Positions 1 to 10,329 of a DNA stretch of 64,000 bases are shown one piece after another. Position numbers and translations under genes: made by a program. The notes under the pieces are model-generated. The model had not been told where the DNA came from and searched no databases. It saw only the letters and a list, made by a program, of their open reading frames with translations. Numbering within the stretch: the stretch's first letter is position 1; the number at the start of each line of letters is the position of its first letter. The DNA is from Eledone cirrhosa (lineage: Eukaryota): positions 159,402,001-159,466,000 of the forward strand of contig OZ024741.1 of the NCBI GenBank assembly GCA_964016885.1, read 5' to 3'.

Positions 1-430
1 ATGCTCAAGGTTGATGGAAGCTATGGAGTAGGAAGACCTCCTACTACCAACCTCCTCTATAAAGTGATCTTCCTGGGATCCACGACAAAAGTCTAGCCCA
101 CACTATATTGGTCATGTAGGTGTCACAACAAAAAGTGCCCAGTCCATACTGTAAAGTAGTCATGTAGGTATCACGACAAAAACACCCAGTTCATTCGGGA
201 AAGTGGTCGTGTAGGTGTCACAATAAAAAACACCCAATACATACTAATGTCACACATGTTTTAGGAAGGGCATCCAGCTGTAGAAACAATGCCAAAATTG
301 GTCCAATGTGAGCAAGACATGATTATCTGATCTGGCTTGACTCACATCCGGACAACACATCTAACCCATGATAGTATGGAAAAATAGATGTTTAAACGGT
401 ATTGATGATGATGATGATGATGATGATGGT
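1..430 (+). mobile_element. Degenerate 3' end of an RTE-clade LINE (ORF tail, 3' UTR subrepeats, (GAT)n tail)
   Basis: Opens with KVDGSYGVGRP-coding sequence. Then repeated GTAGGTGTCAC-AAAAA-CCCAGT units and TTAGGAAGGGCATCCAGCTGTAGAAA, as in the RTE 3' UTRs at 3366-3750 and 61821-62204. Ends in (GAT)n. Confidence 0.7.
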
Positions 431-660
431 GGTGATATATGATGATCCTGCAAGTGTGCAGATGAAACTCAGGACTAACAAGACTTATTACTCAGTCATA
501 ATGAAGGAATATTTAAACTCTACTTCAGTATTGAGTACTCTTTTCTCCCGTCCATCAATTACATACTGATATACAACCCCAGCTACTTGTAAATGGATGA
601 GCACTCTAGATGTTTGGAGAACCTCTGACTTGTACAATGGAGAGACATCTGATCACACAT

Positions 661-694
<34 letters not shown>

Positions 695-833
695 ATATAT
701 ATATATATATATATCATCATCATCATCATCACCGTTTTACGTCCGTTCTTCCATGCTAGCATGGGTTAGACGGGTTGTCCTGTTGTGGGCAGTGTCTGGT
801 CGGCTGACCATGCCTTGCTCATACAGGAACTGA

Positions 834-874
<41 letters not shown>

Positions 875-876
<2 letters not shown>

Positions 877-1170
877 AGGCATATGGCTTAGCGGTTAGAG
901 CATTGGCCTTGCAATCGAAAGGTTGTGTTGTTTCCTTGAGCAAGACACTTTATTTCACATTGCTCCAGTTTACTCAGCTGTAGAAATAAGATGATAGGGA
1001 CTGGGGTCCCTATCATTCCACTGCAAAGTGGTCGTGGAGGTGCCACGGCAAAAAAGCACCCAGCACTCACTGTAAATGAGGTTGGTGTTAGGAAGGGCAT
1101 CCAGCTGTAGAAATCAGTTCCCGTCCCACCCTTGCAAGCAGGGAAAAGCGGACGTAAAATGAAATGAAAT
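875..1170 (+). mobile_element. tRNA-derived SINE, family A (CORE-like centre, RTE-derived tail); B-box region deleted
   Basis: A-box-like TGGCTTAGCGG head, TCCTTGAGCAAGACACTT CORE-like block, and RTE-type tail CCCACCCTTGCAAGCAGGGAAAAGCGGACGTAAAATGA. Near-identical copies at 1686-2016, 57474-57723 and 59187-59509. Flanked by (TA)n. Confidence 0.85.
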
Positions 1171-1685
1171 ATATATATATACATCCAAGAGACATCCGAT
1201 CACACACATATGTGTATGTGTGTGTATATATACATGTGATTGGATGTCTCTCAGATATATATGTATATAGAAGGGGGGGGGGGGGCGAAGAAAGCAATTT
1301 ATTGTGTGCTTGTTACTATTATGTTATGCTGTAATGTGTTTTGTCTGTCTCTCTCTCTCTCTCTCTCCGTATCTCTTTGTTTCCCCTATCCCTTCCTGCC
1401 CTCTCATCTACATAGGAACCTTAATGCCTATGTTAACCTTTAAAATTTAGGTGGCTCACTTAAAAAAATTATTTTAATGTCGCTTCTGTTTCCACTTTTT
1501 TTTTTGTTTGATTTGTTGTTGTTGCTGTTGTTATTGTTGTTAATGATGTTGTTCTGACTACTGTTGTCACATACATGCTTGTCCAGACTAAAAGGCCCCT
1601 CTCAAACCATATATAGTCTTCATTTTATCACCGGCATTATAGCCTCAAGTCTTTCACTAAATTTACTTGTGTCTTATATATATAT

Positions 1686-2016
1686 CATTTCATTTTACGT
1701 CCGCTTTTTCCCTGCTTGCAAGGGTGGGATGGGAACTGATTCTGGCTTGATTTCTACAGCTGGATACCCTTCCTAACACCAACCTCATTTACAGTGAGTG
1801 CTGGGTGCTTTTTTGCCGTGGCACCTTCACGACCACTTTGCAGTGGAATGATAGGGACCCCAGTCCCTATCATCTCATTTCTACAGCTGAGTAAACTGGA
1901 GCAATGTGAAATAAAGTGTCTTGCTCAAGGAAACAACACATCACCCGGTCTGACAATTGAACTCACAACCTTTCGATTGCAAGGCCAATGCTCTAACCAC
2001 TAAGCCATGTGCCTCC
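1686..2016 (-). mobile_element. SINE family A, full-length copy, inverted relative to 875-1170
   Basis: Reverse complement reads GGAGGCACATGGCTTAGTGGTTAGAGC...GAGTTCAATT (A and B boxes), followed by the same body and tail. Confidence 0.85.
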
Positions 2017-2032
2017 ATATATATATATATAA

Positions 2033-2653
2033 TAAATGATATAAATATTCCAGTAGTTACTAAGTACCCACGGAAATATATATGGTGTCTATAACAGTGG
2101 TTATTCAATGGTACTAATTTGAGATATCAGAATTATAAAAATGACCGGAACAAGTAAACATTAAACAATCTTTTAAATAAATTAAAATACGATTTAAATA
2201 TTCACCTGTTCTAGTGCTGTGACCGATGGTTTCGCTTATCAAAAGATTGGAAATTCAGAGAATTTCCAATGGAAAGGATCAGCTCTTCAGACAGCTATTT
2301 CCATACCACAGGGCACAAAAGCCTTGTGGTAGTAAATATATTGCTTTCTGCCCAATGTATGAGGTCAGGCCATTAAAGTGACCTACACATAAATAGGCCA
2401 TTAGGAAAAAGCGGTAATTATAGACTTGTTGAAATTTCATGTTACTAGAAATAGCAGCACGATACAACATTTTTTTCTTTACATAAAAGGAGAATACAAA
2501 TAAATGATATAAATATTCCAGTAGTTACTCAGTACCAGTACCCATGGAAATATATATGGTGTCTATAACAGTGGTTATTTAATGGTACTAATTTGAGATA
2601 CCAGAATTATAAAAATTATTTAAAAGATTGTTTAATGTTTACTTGTTCCGCTC

Positions 2654-2657
<4 letters not shown>
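2033..2657 (-). mobile_element. Non-coding Penelope-like remnant with direct and inverted terminal duplications and a hammerhead
   Basis: About 2034-2141 is directly repeated at about 2503-2615. About 2139-2180 is inverted at about 2617-2657. (TA)n on both sides. Contains the hammerhead motif at 2216-2295. Confidence 0.6.
2216..2295 (-). ncRNA. Type I hammerhead ribozyme with extended stem II
   Basis: Minus strand: GCTGT CTGAAGA GCTGATC-CTTTCC-ATTGGAAATTC TCT GAATTTCCAAT-CTTTT-GATAAGC GAA ACC ATC GGT C ACAGC. Stem I, the CUGANGA and GAAA core, stem III and the GUC cleavage triplet are all present. Confidence 0.85.
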
Positions 2658-2683
<26 letters not shown>

Positions 2684-2687
<4 letters not shown>

Positions 2688-3750
2688 CATAGATTTTACA
2701 TGTGGCCGGTGTTCTGGTGCAATAAGTAGCAGCAAGTGCCCACAGAATACTAGCTCTTTCAATTGCGCAGAGGGTTCTATAGAAATAGTGGACAGCTTCT
2801 GTTACCTGGGCGATAAAATCAGCAGTGGGGGAGGGTGCTCTGAAAGTACTGTAGCTAGAGTCAGAACTGGTTGGAAAAAGTTCAGAGAGCTTATACCACT
2901 ATTAGCTGCTAAAGGGTTCTCCCTAAAAATGAAAGGCAGGTTGTACGATGCCTGCATACGAACAGCAATGTTGCATGGCAGTGAGACCTGGGCATTGTGT
3001 GCAGAGGATATACGCAGACTAGAGAGGAACGAAGCTTGCATGCTCCGCTGGATGTGTAACAGTAATATACGTGAACGGCAAAGCATAAACGAACTAAGGA
3101 AAAAATTAGAGATAAGAGGGATCAGATGTTGTTTACTCGAGAGAAGGCTACGTTGGTATGGACACGTGATGCGCATGAAAGTCGATAGCTGTATAACAAA
3201 GTGCAGGGCAATAAAGATAGACGGTAGTCACGGAATAGGCAGACCTAGAAAAACCTGGGACGAGCTGATAAACTCCGACATCACACACTTACACCTCTCC
3301 AAGACAATGTCACTGGACCGAGACCTTTGGCGGTACTCAGTAACAGAGAAGACCCGCCTTACCTAAATATATAGTAAAACCTACTCCAGCCAGTAGGCAT
3401 CTCTAACAAAATGCACCCCGTCCCAGCACCCCCACCCCATCCACACCACCCCGTTCTATGTAAAGTTATGTTGGTGCCGCGCCATCCAGGCCGAAACAAA
3501 TGAGATCGTGTAGGTGTCACGACAAAAAAACACACAGTCCATGCTGTAATGTGGCCGTGTAGGCAACACGGTAAAAACCTCCCAGACCCACACTGTAAAT
3601 GTGGTTGGTGTTAGGAAGGGCATCCAACTGTAGAAAACCTGCCAGAGAGTCCTATGCGAGCAAGACAATCACTCTTGCCTCAAGTGGGACTACCCCCGTC
3701 CAAACCCATGCAAGCGTGGAACACGGACGTTAAACGTTGATGATGATGAT
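2684..3750 (+). mobile_element. 5'-truncated RTE-clade LINE (RT C-terminal region and 3' UTR)
   Basis: ORF 2788-3366 has F.YLG, LHGSETW, RRLRWYGHV.RM and GRPRKTW motifs and closely matches 62205-63866. 3' UTR ends in (GAT)n. Begins at a (TA)n tract. Confidence 0.92.
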
Positions 3751-3872
3751 ATATATATATAGTGGTAGGACACTGGGAGGTTATATCCGCAGTAGTAGAG
3801 CACTCAGTCCATGGGACGAGTTCGGTAGAAGTTATATATATATATATATGTAGATAATGATATATATATATA

Positions 3873-4022
3873 TGTAGGAAATGAGGTAAGGAACCAGGTG
3901 GACCATAACGCACCAGAGTACTCAATACTTCGGGTAGTAGTGTGGGTATTAGGAAAAGGTTCAGGACCCTGACAGCAGAGCTGGCTATATCTGGACTAGT
4001 CGGGGTCATAAACCTTTTCCCA
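3873..4022 (-). mobile_element. Short terminal fragment of a hammerhead-bearing fold-back family (related to 8830-9021, 48784-48953, 52566-52672)
   Basis: Shares GGTAAG-ACCAGGTGGACCATAACGCACCA-AGTACTCAATACTT-GGGTAGTAG with the other copies. Terminal inverted segment GGAAAAGGTT...AACCTTTTCC. Lies between (TA)n tracts. Confidence 0.6.
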
Positions 4023-4355
4023 TATATATGTAGATAGATAGAGAGAGAAAAATAAGTTAATAGAGAAAAAGATAGACAACATCTTTGATAGAGAACACAT
4101 TTTAGAACATTTGCTCTCTTCCACTTCCTTTTTTGCCCTACATTTGTATTCCATGAATTCATCATTATCATCATCATCACTGTTTAACATCTATTTTTCC
4201 ATGCTTGCATGGGTTAGGCTGGTCACCCTCATCATGAGACAAGTCTGGCCAGCTGGCCGCTGAAAATTTTTAGAATGTATCGTAGTGTTTGTATGATTAA
4301 CGAACAAACATGACATTACAGTTATAATATAAATTTTAATTTTTCTCTTTTGAAG

Positions 4356-4489
4356 ATTCCAACCAGTTATAGTGAAAGAATGTATTCGCAGTGTTTTGGT
4401 GGATAAACTTTCTAACAAAGAATACAATGCTGAGACAACAGGTGAAGATACAAGATATTTGGTGCAAGACATTCGAAATAAGATTAAAG
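4356..4489 (+). CDS. TCTEX1D2: Tctex1-domain dynein light chain (TCTEX1D2/DYNLT2B-like), internal coding exon A, 134 nt
   Basis: Polypyrimidine tract plus AG acceptor, GTAAGT donor. Encodes FQPVIVKECIRSVLVDKLSNKEYNAETTGEDTRYLVQDIRNKIK. Phase fits the next exon. The first coding exon was not found in the window. Confidence 0.88.
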
Positions 4490-4696
4490 GTAAGTTGAAT
4501 TGGCAAAGTTGTTAGAGTGTAGGACAAAATAACTTGTGGTATTTGCTCTAAATCTCTGCACTCTAAGTTCAAATCCTCCTGAGGTCAGCTTTACCTTTCA
4601 TCCATTCAGAGTTGATAAAATAAAGTACCAGTCCAGAGCAATGAATTGATGGAATTGATAGAGATCCAAAAAGCTGGTTTGCTGCATCTGTTCTAG

Positions 4697-4735
<39 letters not shown>

Positions 4736-4869
4736 TAGAAGTGGTATTTAATTTGTTGGATGTCCAACAAACATAAATGTTTATAAATGATTTAGAGCAC
4801 TCAACAGATTACTGGAGTAAATATTCAATGATATTAAATAAATGGAAACTATATTTATAAAACCATATT

Positions 4870-4934
4870 TATTTGATTATATATATTTCAAGGGTAACCA
4901 AGACAACATCGGTACACTTTCATCAGATAAAATA
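4870..4934 (-). ncRNA. Minimal type I hammerhead, left arm of the PLE
   Basis: Mirror of 8172-8236: TATTTTAT CTGATGA AAGTGTA...TACCCTT GAAATATATATA ATCAAATA. Confidence 0.65.
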
Positions 4935-6059
4935 CAAAGTTTGTTTTATAAATAGAGACATTCCCATGAAAATCATACCTTATCGGTTGGAAATTCACTG
5001 GATAGTGGAAATATATTTGGGATTATTCAAACTTATGTGTGAATATGCAAATGAATATGTAAATAATTGAAAAACAACCGTTTATTTAAATGACACTGGA
5101 GAAAGAGAGAGAGAAAAAATACAAGGAGATAAAGATAAAAAATATTATGAGAGAGATAGAGAGAAGAAATAGACAAGAGAAGATGAATATAACGTTAATT
5201 TGTTTCTAATATATTCTAAGTATAAATCTAATATTAAGTGTATTTACGATTATTAGTTGTTTAAAATTTGTTTCTAATATAATATTTTCTGTTATAAGTA
5301 GTTAGATAAATAAATAAATAAATAAATAAATAGATAAATAAATGAATAGATGGGTATATCGTGTTATAGATAATTGTTTAAATGAGTTATGAGGGATATT
5401 GGTTTTGTATTTAATGTAAGTAAATATTAAGTTAAATTAAATTAAATTAACTGAGTTAATAAGAATATTTATATTTATATATTTTAAAATGGGAAGATAT
5501 GGAAAAACTCCAGTTTTGTTTATTTATTCATTAGTATGAGACTATTTGGTCAAAATAAGTATAAATGTTGAAAGATATATTTAGCCAGCATTAGTTAGTG
5601 GTTATAAATCTAATATAAGATATTGAAAAAATATAAAAAATTTGAGAAAATTTTTTTTAAAAGTAATTTATAAGAGATAAGTAATTTTATAAAAATAAGT
5701 AATTTTTAAAAGGGATAAAAAATTAAAGAAATAAAAAATAAAAAATAAAGTATTAAAAATTAAGATTAAATTACAATTAAAATTTAAATTTAAATTTTAA
5801 AAAATTATAATTATATATGTATATATTTTATGAAACTTTAAGAAGTGAAATTATAGCAAATGTTATAGATATGATTTAGAGAAATCAATATATTAAAACC
5901 AAGTGGATAAGATTGTTATGGAAATAAGTAGAAATATTATAAGTGTAATTATAATTTATATATAGTTCTAAATGTTGTATTTAGGCGATGTCTACAAGAA
6001 TTAAATAAATTCGTTCTTAGATTAATAGAGTTCTTATATTTAAGTATGAAAAAAATTTT

Positions 6060-6956
6060 AATAAAAACATTTTTGACGATAAGGCAGAATATTATAATGA
6101 AGCTTTAAATAGAGCAGGCTATATAAATAAGATTAAATACATCGACAACAGTAATAAGGCAAATAACCCTACTATTAATTATAATTATAATAAAAAATCT
6201 AATTTAAACTCTAAAACTAACAGAAGAAATAGAACTAGAAATATTATTTGGTACTCACCCCCATTCTCATTAAGCATTAAAACACCTTTAGCAAAGCTAT
6301 TCTTTAAAGCACTAGATAAATGTTTTCCTAAAGCCCACAGATACCACTCAATCTTTAACAGACATACTACAAAACTATCATACTCTACTACTATGAACAT
6401 AGCACAAAATATAAATAGAATCAATAATAGAAATTTAAACCCTAACCAAAATAACTAAAATAGCAGTAATATCTCTAGCCATATCCAACATAATAATACC
6501 GTTCTGAATAACAACAACTCCGCAAAATGTAACTGTAGAATTAAATTAAACTGGCCTTTACAAAATAAGTGTTTAGATAAGGACGTGGTCTATAAATGTA
6601 CAGTCAAAACCAGTGATAATATATTTAACTATGTAGGCACAACTTCTACAGAATTTAAAAGTCGCTGGAATAATCACAAATGCTCTTTCCGAAGATTTGA
6701 TAAAAAATCTTCAACTTCTCTTTCAAACTTGATATGGAACTTAAAATGTAAAAATATGGACTTTTCATTAACTTGGGAAATAATTTCAAAAGCACCCACG
6801 TACCGAAACACAGCTTTATCTAGATTCTGCAAATTGTGTGTTGAGGAAATTTTTTTCATACTTAAATGTAAGAACTCTATTAATCTAGGAACGGATTTAT
6901 TTAATTCTTGTATACATCGCCTGAATTCAACATTTAGAACTATGTATAAATTATAA
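6060..6956 (+). pseudogene. 5'-truncated PLE ORF: linker, Cys motif and GIY-YIG endonuclease (one in-frame TAA near 6456)
   Basis: A single frame reads NKNIFDDKAEYYNEALNRAGY...RNIIWYSPPFS...FPKAHRYHSIFNRHTTKLSYS...CNCRIKLNWPLQNKCL...VYKC...YVGTTSTEFKSRWNNHKCSF...CKLCVEE...C.H. These motifs are typical of Naiad-type PLE C-termini. Confidence 0.85.
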
Positions 6957-7510
6957 TTACACTTATAATATTTTTACTTATTTCCATAACAATCTTATCC
7001 ACTTGGTTTTAATATACTGATTTCTCTAAATCATATCTATAACATTTGCTATAATTTCACGTCTTAAAGTTTCATAAAATATATACATATATAATTCTAA
7101 TTTTTTAAAATTTAAATTTAAATTTTAATTGTAATTTTAATCTTAATTTTTAATACTTTATTTTTTATTTTTTATTTCTTTAATTTTTTATCCCTTTTTA
7201 AAAATTACTTATTTTTTAAAAATTACTTATCTCTTATAAATTACTTTTTAAAAAAATGTTCTCAAATTTTTTATATTTTTTCAATATCTTTTATTAGATT
7301 TATAACCACTAACTAATTCTGGCTAAATATATCTTTCAACATTTATACTTATTTTGACCAAATAGTCTCATACTAATGAATAAATAAACAAAACTGGAGT
7401 TTTCCATATCTTCCCATTTTAAAATATATAAATATAAATATTCTTATTAACAATATTTACTTACATTATATACAAAACCAATATCCCTCATAACTCGGTT
7501 TATTACTTAA

Positions 7511-7698
7511 GGTGGTGAATTGGCAGTATCGGTAGAGGGTTGGACGCCATGCTTTCTAGCATAGTTACGTCCCTTTACGGTCTGAGTTCAAATCCCGCCA
7601 AGGTTAACTTTGCCTTTCATCCTTACGGGCTCGATAAAATAAAGTACCAGTAATGTACTGGATAATTGCTGGCCTTGTGCCTAAAGTAGAAACAATTA
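7511..7698 (+). mobile_element. tRNA-related SINE, family B (Meta/MESC-like central domain), with 32-bp target duplication
   Basis: B-box GAGTTCAAATCC, central GCCTTTCATCCTTACGGG-TCGATAAAATAAAGTACCAG, tail CTGGCCTTGTGCCTAAAGTAGAAACAATT. ATTATATACAAAACCAATATCCCTCATAACTC occurs on both sides. The left PLE arm shows the empty site. Confidence 0.88.
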
Positions 7699-8171
7699 TA
7701 TACAAAACCAATATCCCTCATAACTCATTAAAACAATTATCTATAACACGATATACCCATCTATTCATTTATTTATCTATTTATTTATTTATTTATTTAT
7801 CTAACTACTTATAACAGAAAATATTATATTAGAAACAAATTTTAAACAACTAATAATCGTAAATACATTTAATATTAGATTTATACTTAGAATATATTAG
7901 AAACAAATTAACGTTATATTCATCCTCTCTTGTCTATTTCTTCTCTCTATCTCTCTCATAATATTTTTTATCTTTATCCCCTTGTATTTTTTCTCTCTCT
8001 CTTTCTCCAGTGTCAGTTAAATAAACGGTTGTTTTTCAATTATTTACATATTCATTTGCATATTCACACATAAGTTTGAATAATCCCTAATATATTTCCA
8101 CTATCCAGTGAATTTCCAACTGATAAAGTATGATTTTCATGGGTATGTCTCTATTTATAAAACAAACTTTG

Positions 8172-8236
8172 TATTTTATCTGATGAAAGCGTATCAATGT
8201 TGTCTTGGTTACCCTTGAAATATATATAATAAAATA
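8172..8236 (+). ncRNA. Minimal type I hammerhead, right arm of the PLE
   Basis: TATTTTAT CTGATGA AAGCGTA...TACCCTT GAAA TATATATA ATAAAATA: 8-bp stem I, 7-bp stem II with one mismatch, palindromic AT stem III, AUA cleavage triplet. Confidence 0.75.
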
Positions 8237-8302
8237 AATATGGTTTTATAAATATAGTTTCCATTTATTTAATATCAATGTATATATATATATATATATA
8301 TC

Positions 8303-8812
8303 AGGGCAATAAAGATAGACGGTAGTCACGGAATAGGCAGACCTAGGAAAACCTGGGACGAGCTGATAAACTCCGACATCACACACTTACACCTCTCCAA
8401 GACAATGTCACTGGACCGAGACCTTTGGCGGTACTCAGTAACAGAGAAGACCCGCCTTACCTAAATATATAGTAAAACCTACTCCAGCCAGTAGGCATCT
8501 CTAACAAAATACACCCCGTCCCACCACCCCCGCCATCGAGGCCGAAACAAATGAGATCGTGTAGGTGTCACGACAAAAAAACACACAGTCCACGCTGTAA
8601 TGTGGCCGTGTAGGCAACACGGTAAAAACCTCCCAGACCCACACTGTAAATGTGGTTGGTGTTAGGAAGGGCATCCAACTGTAGAAAACCTGCCAGACAG
8701 TCCTATGCGAGCAAGACAATCACTCTTGCCTCAAGTGGGACTACCCCCGTCCAAACCCATGCAAGCGTGGAACACGGACGTTAAACGTTGATGATGATGA
8801 TGATGATGATGA
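8303..8812 (+). mobile_element. RTE LINE 3' end, near-identical to 3204-3750
   Basis: Same AIKIDGSHGIGRPRKTW...KTRLT* sequence and 3' UTR, with one internal deletion. (GAT)n tail. Confidence 0.9.
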
Positions 8813-8829
8813 TATAACATATAACAAAG

Positions 8830-9021
8830 AAGATGTGGTAAGATACCAGGTGGACCATAACGCACCAGCGTACTCAATACTTAGGGTAGTAGAATGGGTA
8901 ATAGGAAAAGAATCATGACCCCGACGGTCTAGCTCCAGCTGTTTCAACTGTTAGATCTGAGTTCGGATCTAGCTGTCGAAACGGCCGGAGCTCAGCCATC
9001 GGGGTCATGACTCTTTTCCTA
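8830..9021. mobile_element. Fold-back terminal fragment of the 48784/52566 hammerhead family
   Basis: ATAGGAAAAGAATCATGACCCCGA...TCGGGGTCATGACTCTTTTCCTAT inverted repeat enclosing GTCGAAACGGCCGGAGCTCAGCCATC, a decayed GAAAC-stem III half. Confidence 0.65.
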
Positions 9022-9034
9022 TATATATATATAT

Positions 9035-9400
9035 TAGTAAAATAAGAAAAACCATAGAAAATGCTAATGGGATTTTCTCATAGAATAACAGCTAGATCCT
9101 CCACCAAGGAAGAGAAAAAGCGATAAACGAAAATGTGAACTTATTTATATATTTATATGTATGTAGACCATGTTCTCTTATACCATATTCTTATTAAGAT
9201 ACACCTTAACTCCATTATAAATTTTATTATACACTTCTGTATCATGAAGAATCCTATAACTTTTGGCTGAAACCGGTACAATAAATTCCTTTTTTGAAAA
9301 TAAATGTTTTGCTGTTATTCTTTGAGAAAATCCCATTAGCATTTTCTACTGTTTTTTCTTATTTTACATCAACTAGTGTGTTACTTCTCAACATTCCAAA
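9035..9400 (+). mobile_element. Small fold-back element between (TA)n tracts, with a decayed hammerhead-like motif
   Basis: About 9037-9092 is inverted at about 9311-9367, followed by a short unpaired tail. CATGAAGA...GAAACCGGTA at about 9243-9278. Confidence 0.5.
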
Positions 9401-10329
9401 TATATATATATATATATACTGGTAAGAAACTCTCAGGATAGCTGAACAGCAGAAGGTCTTCAGAGAAGAAACATCCTCAAGCAAATGTTTTGGTCCTTCT
9501 TACACTTGAAGGGAACCAAGCTGCATCCAGGTCATGACTCCTGGCTGCCATTCGGATATCTGCGACTTGTGCATGTAAACTATAAAGATTTTGTTGACAG
9601 ATTCCAGCTGGAACTCCGCTTCATTGCCTCGGCTTTCAAACTTATATTCAAACTGCCAAATAAAGAGTTGAGGTGATTCTTCAGTTGTGTCAAAGATATG
9701 ACAACCTCTCTAATGCTGGTGCCATGATAAAATCCACACAGTATACTCTGGCTGACTCCAGCAACCATTTCTAGCAAGGAAAATAGACTTGAAATGATGA
9801 TGATACATATATATTTGAGAGTGTTGTAGTTTGCTTAAAGCATTGTTGGATATGAAAAGTGGTTATATCTTGGAAGCCACTACAATATTTGGACCCATTG
9901 ATAATAGATAGTACATCCAAAATATAATGGGACTAATAAATATTTTGAAGATTACATTATCTCTAATTCTTGTGTTTCTTCTCTGCTTGACTTCACCTCT
10001 CTCATTCCTCTTGCATTGTAGTGACTTCCAAGATATACCACTTATATATATATATCAAATCAATAGGTTGAGTTAAAAACTCTCAATAATCCTCTACAAT
10101 CAAATAAGCTCAAGGAACAAACTCCAAGCTCTTTATAAATCATAGTAAGGAGAGAAAGACACATAAAAATATACGTCCGATATATATATGTGTATATATA
10201 ATTTTGATAAGTTTGGGCCAGTATTGGCCCTGGCCATCTAACTTAATAAAAGCACCACCTGACAAATTCTTTCAGATCACAACTTAGTCAACATTTTGGA
10301 CACCATGACTCAGTCTTGTAAATAGTTAT

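Larger units (their letters stand above)
4733..8280 (+). mobile_element. Penelope-like retroelement (Naiad-type) with ~1.2-kb inverted arms, inserted in (TA)n inside the Tctex intron
   Basis: Arms at about 4828-6058 and 6847-8280 are reverse complements. The spacer and inner right arm encode an RT C-terminal/linker region and GIY-YIG endonuclease. Each arm carries a hammerhead. Confidence 0.88.

Noticed and set aside
888-2003. Recurring ORFs such as SAGCFFAVAPPRPLCSGMIGTPVPII (also 57471, 59200)
   Set aside because: Antisense translation of SINE family A copies.
1945-2016. tRNA-like sequences here and at about 16278-16350, 55320-55390 and 57650-57723
   Set aside because: They have A/B boxes but no complete cloverleaf, and most continue into SINE bodies. 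They are SINE heads, not tRNA genes.
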